A stretch of 64,000 nt of DNA, taken from Flavobacteriaceae bacterium UBA3591. GTDB lineage: Bacteria > Bacteroidota > Bacteroidia > Flavobacteriales > Flavobacteriaceae. The position numbers and the translations under genes are program-made. Positions 17,826 to 27,600 of the stretch are shown in pieces. The notes beneath the pieces are model-generated. The model was not told the origin of the DNA. It worked only from the letters and a program-made list of their open reading frames with translations, and did not search any database. The stretch is taken from assembly GCA_002375695.1 (NCBI GenBank), contig DFMO01000008.1, forward strand, positions 38,784 through 102,783. The letters are read 5' to 3'. Numbering within the stretch: the stretch's first letter is position 1; each line of letters opens with the position of its first letter.

Positions 17826-19352
17826 CTAAGAAATTTCAGATTTTACAAATGCTTCCCATTCCGAAAACTTTTCTTTATCCATAACTTTTTCCATCTTTAC
17901 CTGCCCGCCTTTCTTCTTGTTTTTTGCATTCCATTCGTGAAAAACATTAGGATTTACAGTGGTAACTTTTACACCTTTTAAAGCCTTTGATCGAGCTACC
18001 GCATAATTTTTATTTGCTTCTTTTAATGCGTTGTCTAAAGCTTCGGCTATCTTTTCTGAATTGGTTTGAGCTTCGGTGCCTAAGTACCAGTGATGGTAAA
18101 ATTCGTCGTTTATTTTAACAGCTGCCAGAGTAAATTCAGGAATTTTAATATCAAATTTCGATTCCATTTCGCGTAGCGCTACCTCCATTTTATTAACTGA
18201 AAGTTGTGAGCCTACTACGTTTAAAAAGAATTTTGTGCGGCCGGTAATTTTAATTTCGGCTTTTTGAACATCGGTAAAAGCTATGGTGTCTCCAATTAAA
18301 TATCGCCATGCTCCCGAAACTGTGCTAATAATTAGTACATAATCTACATTTTCTTCAACTTCTGCAATAGTGAGCGCAGGCGCTTTTTGTGATAATGAAC
18401 CGTCTTCGTTGATATATTCGGGTTTAAAGGGAACAAATTCAAAATAAATTCCGTTGTCTGTTACCAGCTTCATGGCCGTAGTATCTGGCCTGTTTTGGAA
18501 TGCCAAAAATCCTTCAGAAGCCAAATACGTATCAATAACTGTTATGGGGTGTGCGAGTAACTGGTTAAAACTTTTTTCGTATGGCTGAAAGGCCACCCCA
18601 CCCGAGGTGTAAACTTGTAAATTTGGCCAAATTTCATGTATGTTATTCGCGTTGTGGTACGCAATTACTTCTTTCATCATTAATTCCATCCATGACGGAA
18701 TACCGCTTAAGGCACCAATATCCCACTGTCGTGCATTTTTGGCAATGGTTTCAACTTTTTTATCCCAATCGTCCATTTGTGCAATTTCTTCGCCGGGCTT
18801 GTAATAACCTCGAAACCAAAACGGAATATTGCTGGCACTAATGCCGCTTATTTCGCCTTCTAAAAATTGATCTTGTTCTTCCAAATCTGTGCTGCTTCCC
18901 AGCATCATAATTTCTTTTTCAAAAAAATCGGACGGGATTTCAAAATTTGTTAAGGCACCAACTTGTTTAATCCCTGTAGTTCGAATGGCTTCAATCATAT
19001 CTTCAGTTACCGGAATTTTTTTTGAAGATTTACCTGTAGTACCGCTACTACGTGCAAAATATTTTGGGCTTCCCGGCCAAGTAATATCGGCTAATCCCTC
19101 TTGGGTTTGTTGCCACCACGCTTGTTCCATTTCGTGATAATCAAAATAGGGGACTGCCTCGGCAAAAGCTTTTTGGATGTTCTCGGCTTCTAAAATTTTA
19201 TCGAATCCGTAATATTTGCCAAAAGCGGTGCCTTTTGCCTTTTCTAAATGATTTTTTAAAACCTCTTTTTGAGCTTCAACGGGTGATTTTTCTGAAACGA
19301 TAGCGCCGCGAAGATCAATCGCAGCTTTAATAATTGAACCTAGAATAGCCAT
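17826..19352 (-). CDS. GH3-family (auxin-responsive-promoter-like) acyl-adenylate-forming enzyme homologue
   Basis: 508 aa. SSGTTGKSSKKIPVT adenylation-type P-loop and overall length and layout typical of the bacterial GH3 family common in Bacteroidota. Confidence 0.7.
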   Translation of the reverse strand: MAILGSIIKAAIDLRGAIVSEKSPVEAQKEVLKNHLEKAKGTAFGKYYGFDKILEAENIQKAFAEAVPYFDYHEMEQAWWQQTQEGLADITWPGSPKYFARSSGTTGKSSKKIPVTEDMIEAIRTTGIKQVGALTNFEIPSDFFEKEIMMLGSSTDLEEQDQFLEGEISGISASNIPFWFRGYYKPGEEIAQMDDWDKKVETIAKNARQWDIGALSGIPSWMELMMKEVIAYHNANNIHEIWPNLQVYTSGGVAFQPYEKSFNQLLAHPITVIDTYLASEGFLAFQNRPDTTAMKLVTDNGIYFEFVPFKPEYINEDGSLSQKAPALTIAEVEENVDYVLIISTVSGAWRYLIGDTIAFTDVQKAEIKITGRTKFFLNVVGSQLSVNKMEVALREMESKFDIKIPEFTLAAVKINDEFYHHWYLGTEAQTNSEKIAEALDNALKEANKNYAVARSKALKGVKVTTVNPNVFHEWNAKNKKKGGQVKMEKVMDKEKFSEWEAFVKSEIS

Positions 19353-19445
19353 TAAATTATTTTTTGTTGAAACTACAATTTTTTGAAAAATATAAACTGG
19401 ATATTAATTCAATTTTAACCTTTTCTTATTGGCCTTCAATAATGG

Positions 19446-19453
19446 TATCTTTG
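19446..19453 (+). promoter_or_regulatory. -7 promoter box for the pseudouridine synthase gene
   Basis: TATCTTTG lies 15 nt upstream of ATG 19469. Confidence 0.5.
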
Positions 19454-19468
19454 TAAAAAAATGAAACA

Positions 19469-20323
19469 ATGCATCATCCAGATTCTGTACGATTAAATAA
19501 AGCAATTAGTGATAGTGGCTACTGCTCTCGCCGTGAGGCAGACACATTAATAGAAAAGGGAAGGGTGACCATAAATGGTGAAAAAGCCGAACTTGGCCAA
19601 CGCGTAATGCCCGGCGATGAGGTTTGCGTAGATGGGAAAACAGTTTCTAAAAACCAAACGGAAGTTTTTATTATGCTCAATAAACCCGTGGGGATTACGT
19701 GTACAACCGATACGCGGTTTGATGATAATGTAATTGATTTTGTAAACCATCCCGAAAGAATTTTTCCTGTGGGACGCTTAGATAAACCCAGTGAGGGCTT
19801 ATTATTGCTTACTAATGTAGGCGATATTGTCAATAAAATTTTAAGAGCGGGAAATGCACATGAAAAGGAATATATTGTAAAAGTTGATAGACCGGTTACC
19901 GATGAATTTGTTAAAAGAATGGGCTCTGGGATACCTATTTTAGATACAGTTACCAAACGCTGTAAAGTTGAAAGGATAAGTAGATTTGAATTTAGAATTA
20001 TTCTTGTCCAAGGTTTAAATAGACAAATTAGACGGATGTGTGAATACCTGGGCTATGAGGTTGTCGCTTTACAACGTATACGAATTATGAATTTAGTTTT
20101 GGGTGATTTACCCATTGGAGAATGGCGAGATTTAACCCCCAATGAATTAAAAGTTTTAAAAGATTCTGTAAAAGATAGCGATGGGCTCCCAAAGGAGCAC
20201 GCAGGCAGTAAGCAAAATTCAACCAAAAACGACCAAAAACCCGAAGTAAAAAGAAGGCAGGAACGTAAGCTGCAAAGAGAACAAAGAAAAACAGGAGGTA
20301 GAAGGCGTAGAGGGTTTAATTAG
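19469..20323 (+). CDS. rluF: RsuA/RluB/RluF-family rRNA pseudouridine synthase with S4 domain and a basic C-terminal tail
   Basis: S4-like N-terminus (RLNKAISDSGYCSRREADTLIEKGRVTING), catalytic GRLDKPSEGLLLLTN and NRQIRRM. The symbol is tentative (could be rluB or rluE type). Confidence 0.8.
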   Translation: MHHPDSVRLNKAISDSGYCSRREADTLIEKGRVTINGEKAELGQRVMPGDEVCVDGKTVSKNQTEVFIMLNKPVGITCTTDTRFDDNVIDFVNHPERIFPVGRLDKPSEGLLLLTNVGDIVNKILRAGNAHEKEYIVKVDRPVTDEFVKRMGSGIPILDTVTKRCKVERISRFEFRIILVQGLNRQIRRMCEYLGYEVVALQRIRIMNLVLGDLPIGEWRDLTPNELKVLKDSVKDSDGLPKEHAGSKQNSTKNDQKPEVKRRQERKLQREQRKTGGRRRRGFN

Positions 20324-20329
20324 GGGCAT

Positions 20330-20363
20330 GAAAAAACCGCGCACCGATTGAGTAGCACGCGGT
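20330..20363 (-). terminator. Rho-independent terminator of the hsp20 gene
   Basis: The minus strand reads ACCGCGTGC-loop-GTGCGCGGT followed by TTTTTT. The two non-Watson-Crick pairs are G-U only on the minus-strand RNA. Confidence 0.6.
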
Positions 20364-20369
20364 CATTTC

Positions 20370-20389
20370 AACTAACTAACCAAATTAAA
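20370..20389. repeat. Copy B of the exact 20-nt repeat, aactaactaaccaaattaaa
   Basis: Identical to 7508..7527. It lies in the hsp20 3' UTR between the stop codon and the terminator hairpin. Confidence 0.8.
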
Positions 20390-20395
20390 TTTCAA

Positions 20396-20830
20396 TTATG
20401 AAATCTCAACCATTTTCTTCAATGCTTTCTTTTCTTCTACTTTAGGAAGCATAATTTTTAATACGCCATTAGTATAACTGGCTTGAATTTCTTCTGTATT
20501 TATATTATCTGGAAGTGTAAATAAGCGTTCAAAACTCGAGTAATTAAACTCTATATTTAAATATTGATTGCTCTCTTGATCTTCCTCTTTTTTATCAATC
20601 TTTTTTGAAGTTACTTTTAAGGTATCTTCCTCAGCCTCAACTATTAGGTTTTCTTTGTTAAAACCAGGTATAGCTATTTCTATTGCAAAATTCGTCAAAT
20701 TTTCAATAATATTTACGGCTGGAATGCTAAATGTTTCATAATTATTTCTGAACGAATTATCATTTTTTTCAAATAAAAAATTGTCTAATAGTCCAGGAAA
20801 CCATATACTGTTTTTATTAACTGAATTCAT
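20396..20830 (-). CDS. Hsp20/alpha-crystallin small heat-shock protein
   Basis: 144 aa. Alpha-crystallin core (AIEIAIPGFNKENLIVEAEEDTLKVTS ... FERLFTLPDNINTEEIQASYTNGVLKIMLPK). Confidence 0.85.
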   Translation of the reverse strand: MNSVNKNSIWFPGLLDNFLFEKNDNSFRNNYETFSIPAVNIIENLTNFAIEIAIPGFNKENLIVEAEEDTLKVTSKKIDKKEEDQESNQYLNIEFNYSSFERLFTLPDNINTEEIQASYTNGVLKIMLPKVEEKKALKKMVEIS

Positions 20831-21033
20831 GTTTTTATATTGTTTAAATAGTACTTTTTTTACAACATTTTAGTCAATAACAATTCCAAAGTTAATAGCA
20901 AGACAATTTGACTCATATCTTTCTGATTTATATGACGTTAAGTCTTATTTTATTGCATAGAAGTCAAGAAAGTCTTAAAAATATTAAAACTTTGTGTGGT
21001 AATCTGTATTTTTAAGTATACTAATTATCCAAT

Positions 21034-22308
21034 ATGAAGCAGCTATTTGTTCGCATTTTTGATTTTTTTAATACTGTTGAAAGTAAAATAGCCTTTTACC
21101 CAACCTTGCTTTCGGTATCGGGAATTGTGTTGGCGGCTATCCTAATTTACTTAGAAAAACGAGGCGTATCTCGCGAAATTATGGAGGTGTGGCCCATGCT
21201 TATGGTAGAAGATGGCGACACTGCATTATCTGTATTAAGCGTGTGTTTAGGCGGGTTAATTTCGCTTATGGTTTTTAGTTTTTCGATGGTTATGTTACTG
21301 CTTAGTCAAGCCTCCAGTAATTATTCGCCACGGTTACTACCCGGACTTATAAGCGATAAACGACATCAATTTATTTTAGGGGTTTATTTAGCGACAATTT
21401 TATATAATATTTTTACGCTTTTTACCATCGAGCCAAGCGATGACAAATACGCGCTCCCGGGACTTTCGGTATTGTTAGGCATTGTATTTACCATTTTTTG
21501 CTTGGTAGCATTTATTTACTTTATTCATAATATTTCACAAAGTATACAAGTGAATAATATTTTGGACAATATATTTTCTATTGCCCAATTGCGATTAAAA
21601 CGTTTAATTTCTTCGGAAGAAGGAGAAATTAAATCCTTTCCCAACACCGAGCAATGGCATGCTTATCCCGCCAATTGCAGTGGATACTTTCAAAATCTTT
21701 CAATAGATAACATTTCACAAATATGTGAAAAAGCAAATACGAGAATTTATATTGTTGTCCCCAAAGGCTTGTACATCCTTAAAAATGCTACCTTTTTTAA
21801 ATCTGAAAAACCTTTGCCTGATAATGTGGTAAAAAGTATTATTTCGAATATTAGTTTGGCTAAAGGCGAATTGGTAAGTGATAATTACACTTTGGCGTTT
21901 AAACAAATTACCGAAATTGCTGTAAAGGCTATGTCGCCTGGCGTTAATGACCCGGGTACCGCAATTAATGCGGTTGACTATTTAACGAATCTATTGGCGT
22001 TGCGAATGCTTAAACGCGATACAGCTATAATTGCACGAAATAATAATGTGAATTTGCGAATTGCTGTAATAACGTTTAAAGAAATGCTCTACCAGATTAT
22101 GGCATCGTTACGTACGTACTGTGTTCACGACCCTATTATGGTACAAAAGTTGTTTTGGATGCTGCAATATTTAAGTAAACAACCAGCGGTAGAACCGCAA
22201 TATTACGAGGCTATAAAAACTGAAATGAATACACTTTTTACAGCAGCAAAAGATTCATTAAAAACAGAAGTCGATGTTCAGTATATAGAAAAAATGTACA
22301 GAACTTAG
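21034..22308 (+). CDS. DUF2254-family membrane protein
   Basis: 424 aa. Four N-terminal TM segments and a large cytoplasmic domain with PGVNDPGTAINAVD, as I recall for DUF2254. Confidence 0.55.
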   Translation: MKQLFVRIFDFFNTVESKIAFYPTLLSVSGIVLAAILIYLEKRGVSREIMEVWPMLMVEDGDTALSVLSVCLGGLISLMVFSFSMVMLLLSQASSNYSPRLLPGLISDKRHQFILGVYLATILYNIFTLFTIEPSDDKYALPGLSVLLGIVFTIFCLVAFIYFIHNISQSIQVNNILDNIFSIAQLRLKRLISSEEGEIKSFPNTEQWHAYPANCSGYFQNLSIDNISQICEKANTRIYIVVPKGLYILKNATFFKSEKPLPDNVVKSIISNISLAKGELVSDNYTLAFKQITEIAVKAMSPGVNDPGTAINAVDYLTNLLALRMLKRDTAIIARNNNVNLRIAVITFKEMLYQIMASLRTYCVHDPIMVQKLFWMLQYLSKQPAVEPQYYEAIKTEMNTLFTAAKDSLKTEVDVQYIEKMYRT

Positions 22309-22700
22309 TTGTAGTAAATTTTAAATATTTTTAATAATTCTTCGGCGGGTACGGTTTGGCCTTTTGCCTTTTCCATTTTATAAAGAATTTGATCTGCTAC
22401 CACAGGCCGGATGCCCATTTTAAGCCCAAAGTTTTTTAGCGCTATTAATTCGGCAGGGTGGGTTTCATTATCAATTTTCATCACTAAAATTAGTTTGTAA
22501 AATTGTGTAATTCTTTCAACTTCATCGTATGCAGTATTTGAATTTTCTGGATTTTCAAACAATTGAATTAATTTCTTTTCTGAAATATTCATACGTAAAG
22601 CCAATTTCTGAAGAAATTCAATTTCTGAAATTTTTATCTCTCCATCGGCTTTCACCATTTGGATTAAATCGCTTAGTAATGCCAAATTTTTATTATCCAT
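22305..22700 (-). CDS. TerB-like (tellurite-resistance TerB / DjlA N-domain fold) small protein
   Basis: 131 aa, all-helical, with LIQMVKADGEIKISEIEFLQKLALRMNIS typical of TerB-like modules. Its stop overlaps the convergent DUF2254 stop by 4 nt. Confidence 0.45.
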   Translation of the reverse strand: MDNKNLALLSDLIQMVKADGEIKISEIEFLQKLALRMNISEKKLIQLFENPENSNTAYDEVERITQFYKLILVMKIDNETHPAELIALKNFGLKMGIRPVVADQILYKMEKAKGQTVPAEELLKIFKIYYN

Positions 22701-22712
22701 ACTATTAAAATT

Positions 22713-22745
22713 AAAAAAGCCCTCGCAAATGCTAAGGGCTTTAAA
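22713..22745 (-). terminator. Rho-independent terminator of sucC
   Basis: The minus strand reads aaagccct-tagcatttgcg-agggcttt followed by a T-rich run, 20 nt after the sucC stop. Confidence 0.6.
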
Positions 22746-22764
22746 AATAATAATTTCAATTGCG

Positions 22765-23955
22765 TTATGAAAGGACAGCTTTTACTTTATCTGCCGCTTC
22801 TTGAAATTCGATAGCACTCTGTACGTCGAGTCCGCTGTTATCTATTAATTCTTTAGCAATATCGGCATTAGTACCTTGTAAGCGTACGATAATTGGCACA
22901 TCGATAGTACCCATATTTTTATATGCATCTACAATTCCTTGTGCAACGCGATCGCATCTTACAATTCCACCAAAAATATTAACCAAGATAGCTTTTACAT
23001 TTGGATCTTTTAAGATAAGTTTAAAAGCAGCTTCAACACGTTCGGCATCTGCTGTACCTCCTACATCAAGGAAGTTTGCAGGGTCTCCACCGGCTTGTTT
23101 AATAAGGTCCATAGTTGCCATTGCAAGTCCTGCACCATTTACCATACAACCCACATTTCCGTCTAGGTCTACGTAATTTAAGCCTTTTTCTTGCGCTTCA
23201 ACTTCTACTGCATTTTCTTCGCGAATATCACGCATAGCTAAGTAGTCTTTATGACGGTAAAGTGCATTATCGTCAAGGCTTACTTTGGCATCTACAGCAA
23301 TAATTTTATCGTCGCTTGTTTTTAAAACTGGATTTATTTCGAATAAAGAAGAGTCAGACTCTGCATAAGCCTTATAAAGTGCCGAAACGAATTTGGTCAT
23401 TTCTTTAAATGCTTTTCCGCTTAATCCAAGGTTAAAGGCTACTCTTCTTGCTTGAAAACCAAGTAGACCAACAGCTGGATCAATTTCTTCGGTAAAAATT
23501 AGGTGAGGTGTTTCTTCGGCTACAGTTTCAATATCCATTCCACCTTCGGTAGAATACATAATCATATTTCTACCAGTTGAGCGATTTAAAAGCACGCTCA
23601 TATAATATTCTTCGGGTTCGTTATCACCAGGATAGTAAACATCTTCGGCAATTAAAACTTGATGAACTTTTTTACCTTCTGCAGATGTTTGTGGAGTAAC
23701 AAGGTTCATACCTATAATATCTCCAGCAATATTTTCAACTTCTTGTAAGTTTTTAGCAAGTTTTACACCTCCGCCTTTTCCGCGACCTCCTGCGTGCACT
23801 TGCGCTTTAATTACGTGCCAGCCTGTTCCGGTTTCTTCGGTAAGTTTTTTAGCGGCTTCTACAGCTTCTTGCGGAGTTGTTGCCACGATACCGCGCTGTA
23901 TTTCAACGCCAAAACTGTTTAAAATTTCTTTTCCCTGATATTCGTGTAAATTCAT
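22765..23955 (-). CDS. sucC: Succinyl-CoA synthetase (ADP-forming) beta subunit
   Basis: MNLHEYQGKEILNSFGV start, ATP-grasp region and C-terminal ligase-CoA domain (GNVGCMVNGAGLAMATMD, NIFGGIVRCD). Start trimmed to ATG 23955. Confidence 0.95.
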   Translation of the reverse strand: MNLHEYQGKEILNSFGVEIQRGIVATTPQEAVEAAKKLTEETGTGWHVIKAQVHAGGRGKGGGVKLAKNLQEVENIAGDIIGMNLVTPQTSAEGKKVHQVLIAEDVYYPGDNEPEEYYMSVLLNRSTGRNMIMYSTEGGMDIETVAEETPHLIFTEEIDPAVGLLGFQARRVAFNLGLSGKAFKEMTKFVSALYKAYAESDSSLFEINPVLKTSDDKIIAVDAKVSLDDNALYRHKDYLAMRDIREENAVEVEAQEKGLNYVDLDGNVGCMVNGAGLAMATMDLIKQAGGDPANFLDVGGTADAERVEAAFKLILKDPNVKAILVNIFGGIVRCDRVAQGIVDAYKNMGTIDVPIIVRLQGTNADIAKELIDNSGLDVQSAIEFQEAADKVKAVLS

Positions 23956-23985
23956 AGTATCGGTTTTGTACTTGTTTATGGTTTG

Positions 23986-23993
23986 CAAAAATA
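23986..23993 (-). promoter_or_regulatory. -7 promoter box for sucC
   Basis: The minus strand reads TATTTTTG, about 30 nt upstream of ATG 23955 and inside the spurious N-terminal extension of the track ORF. Confidence 0.5.
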
Positions 23994-24228
23994 GCAAATG
24001 TGTTAGGATTGCGCTAATGTTTTTTTAAGCAATACGGTTGAAATTTTAATTAGTGGTTTAATGTGGTATTTATTATTTAAACCCTAAACATTAGGTTGTA
24101 TGGTTTGCCTAATTTAACAGTGTGTATTTGTAAATTTCTAATAAAATTGTTAAAAAATAGTAATGATGGTAAAAATTTAATTTTATAAAATAAATAATGT
24201 AATCTACCTAATATCTCAATAATAACTC

Positions 24229-24236
24229 TATCTTTG
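24229..24236 (+). promoter_or_regulatory. -7 promoter box for the cold-shock gene
   Basis: TATCTTTG lies 30 nt upstream of ATG 24267. Confidence 0.5.
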
Positions 24237-24266
24237 CCGCTTATATTAATTATTTATTTAAATACA

Positions 24267-24458
24267 ATGAACAAAGGAACAGTAAAATTCTTCAACGACA
24301 CAAAAGGATTTGGTTTTATCACTGAAGAAGGAACTAGTAAAGAACATTTTGTACACATCTCAGGTCTTATTGATGAAGTTCGTGAAGGTGACGAAGTAGA
24401 ATTTGATCTTCAAGAAGGCAGAAAAGGATTGAATGCGGTAAACGTAAAAGTGCTTTAA
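24267..24458 (+). CDS. Cold-shock protein (CspA family, S1-like CSD)
   Basis: MNKGTVKFFNDTKGFGFITEEG...HFVHISGL contains the RNP1 and RNP2 motifs. 63 aa after trimming the track ORF to the internal ATG. Confidence 0.95.
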   Translation: MNKGTVKFFNDTKGFGFITEEGTSKEHFVHISGLIDEVREGDEVEFDLQEGRKGLNAVNVKVL

Positions 24459-24484
24459 TACATACAATTTTTTTAGACGAAAAA

Positions 24485-24510
24485 CCTCCCAATTTGGGAG
24501 GTTTTTTTTT
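24485..24510 (+). terminator. Rho-independent terminator of the csp gene
   Basis: cctccc-aattt-gggagg followed by nine T. Confidence 0.8.
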
Positions 24511-24619
24511 GTGCCAATTTTTTCAAAATGTAGAGGATTTAAAACTTTATGATTTATAACTACCTGATTGTTAATAAATTGTTATAATTTTATAAAACTA
24601 ACTAAATAATTTATTTATT

Positions 24620-27600
24620 ATGAAAAAATTAACACTTCTATTAGTGTTGTTGTGTTTTTTGCCTGTGCAATTAAATTCGCAACACAAAAATCCAGAAAAA
24701 GAAAAGCAAGCTGCGCAAGATGCAGTTAGACCTTCAACCATTTCGCTAAATAAACTTATTAAACAAAAAAGTAATACGTATGTGATTACTAAAGAACACG
24801 TAAGTAGGATAAGTGGAATTAGACACGTTTATCTTCGGCAAGCCATTAATGGCTTAGAAGTCTATGGTACCGAATCTAGCGTACACATTGATAGATCGGG
24901 AAAAGTTGTAGTTGAACATAACAAGTTTTTGGCTGATGTTCAAGCTACTGTTCGTAAAAGTTCTCAAGGAATTTCGGCTAGGCAAGCAATAAGCTCCGTG
25001 GCGCGCCAAATGGGGTATAGCGTTTCAAACCTTCAAGAGTTAAAGAATAAAGGTGGTAAAAATCAAGCTGCTATTTTTAATAAGGCGGGTATTTCATCAG
25101 AAAACATTCCGGTTAAACTAATGTATTACTATCAACCGGGAAAAGGTACTACCTTGGTATGGGAGTTGTCTGTTGCAGAAAAAACCTCGTCAGACTGGTG
25201 GAATTTTAGAGTAGATGCATCCAGCGGAAAAATTATAGACAAAGATAATTGGACGGTTTCATGTAATATTTTGGGAGACCATGATGACCATATTCATACA
25301 AATGAAAATATGAGTTCCTTTGTTGGTCCTGTTGTGGAGCCTGTTGTAGATAACTTTGTTGATGAAGCCAATATAAATGCACCTCCAGCAGCTAGCTATA
25401 TGGTATATGCCATGCCAGTTGAAAATCCGAATTACGGTGTTAGAACATTAGAAACTAATCCTGAAAATTTAACCGCCTCTCCTTTTGGTTGGCACGATAT
25501 AAATGGAGATGATACACCAGAATTTACAGACACGCGCGGAAACAATGTAGATGCGTATGACGATGATAACGCAAATAACTTACCCGATGGAAAGTACGCT
25601 GTAAGTCCCGGCGGAAATTTAATTTTTAACTTTCCGTTGAATACAACTTATAGTGCGGGAGACCAATCTGAAAGTGCGGCGATTACCAATTTATTTTATT
25701 GGAGTAATATTATTCACGACGTAACTTATATGTATGGTTTCGATGAAGCCAGTGGTAATTTTCAATTTAATAATTACGGTAATGGCGGATTAGGAGCTGA
25801 TCCTGTAAATGCCGAAGCCCAAGACGGCTCTGGAACATGTAACGCAAACTTTGCAACCCCTCCCGATGGCACGAGACCGCGAATGCAAATGTATGTTTGC
25901 GGTTCAAGAGATGGTGATTTGGACAATATGGTAATTATTCATGAATATGGACATGGAATTTCCAACAGGCTAAGTAACCTGGGAGGCGCCGAACAAATGG
26001 GTGAAGGTTGGAGTGATTATTATGGTTTAATGCTCACCATGGAAGTAGGAGATACGGGACCAGACTCTAGAGGGGTTGGTACTTGGTTAATTGGTGAAGG
26101 ACCCGGTGGGCCAGGTATAAGAACATGGCCGTATAGTACTGATTTTGGTGTAAACCCGCATACTTATGACGATATAAAAACCGAAGTGGCACCTCACGGC
26201 GTAGGATCTGTTTGGGCCGAAATGCTTTGGGAAATGACTTGGGAGCTTATAGCAACGCATGGTTTTGATCCAGATTTTTATGGAGGAAGTGGTGGAAACA
26301 ATATTGCATTAGCTTTAGTTACAGAGGGATTAAAACTACAACCTAGTTTGCCAGGTTTTGTAGATGGACGTGACGCAATTTTAGCTGCCGATATGGCGCT
26401 CTACGGGGGTGTCAATCAATGTGCAATTTGGGAAGCTTTTGCTAGAAGAGGTTTAGGGTTTAGCGCCAGTCAAGGCTCTTCTGCAAGTAAAACAGACGGA
26501 ACCGAAGCATACGATCTACCACCCAGCTTTTCTAGCTTAGACGTTGTAGACGAAGTATGTATGTCTGCAGGAATTCAAACTGGATTAACTGGAGGAAACC
26601 CTACTGGTGGCCAGTATTCGGGTGCCGGTGTAACAGATGATGGTAATGGAACAACTTTTACTTTTGATCCAACGGTAGGCGGTCCAGGCTTAGTTACAGT
26701 TACTTATACTGTTAACGATTTTTGTTCCGGAGCACCTACAGTGCTTACCGACGACATAAATGTTACCAATGATCCGCCCGAAATTATTTGTGTAGGTTCA
26801 GGGGTAATTCCAATGACTGGTATGAGCACAGATAATCCATTAATTCCTATTCCAGATAACGGTAGCATTACTGCTACAATAAATGTTACAGAAAATGTAG
26901 TTATTACCGATTTGGATGTAATGGTAGATATAAGTCATACGTGGGTAGGAGATTTAATTGTCGATATTAAATCGCCAGCCGGAACAATTGCTCGAATTAT
27001 CGATAGGCCAGGAAGAGTATCTTCAGGATTTGGTTGCAGTGGTAATGATATTGATGCAATTTTAGACGATGAAGCTGCTACGCTTGTAGAAGATGAATGC
27101 GCACCTGCCACACCAACGATAGATGGTTCATTTATACCAAATAACTTACTATCTATTTTTGATGGCGAAAGCACTTTAGGTACTTGGGAGATAAGTGTAT
27201 CCGACAATGCAGGAGGCGATATTGGAACATTAAATAGTTGGGGTATAGATTATGATTATGAAATTATAGCACCAGTACTTGATGTTACTCTCGACGCCTC
27301 TGGCAACGCTACAGTTAATGCTGCAGATTTTCTGCACAGTGTAACCGTAGATTGTGGTGGTTATTCTGTTTTAGCAGGGAGTCCATTAGGAGCTACAGTA
27401 AGTTTTACTTGTGCCGATATTGGAACCAACAATGTTCCTGTAGAAGTTACTAACGATAATGGTGCTTCATCAACTTGTACGGCTATTGTAAATGTTATTG
27501 GTTCATCTGTTCCAGGTACTATTACTTGTCCTGCCGATATCACTCAAAACAATGACCCAGGCACGTGTAGCGCGAATGTTACAGTGCCAAAAGCTGTTTA

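Noticed and set aside
19519-19956. 145-aa ORF antisense to the pseudouridine synthase gene. Similar long shadow ORFs occur at 31415..31903, 43931..44380, 47990..48433, 52485..52916, 53553..53939, 54210..54590 and 29878..30249.
   Set aside because: All lie entirely inside, and antisense to, genes with strong recognisable homology. Their translations are low-complexity (S/T/P/V-rich) with no motifs. This is typical of the stop-poor antisense frame of real genes.
23998-24266. A long structured cold-shock 5' UTR upstream of csp
   Set aside because: A good -7 box lies only 30 nt from the ATG, implying a short leader. The rest of the 269-nt spacer is plain AT-rich DNA shared with the divergent sucC promoter.
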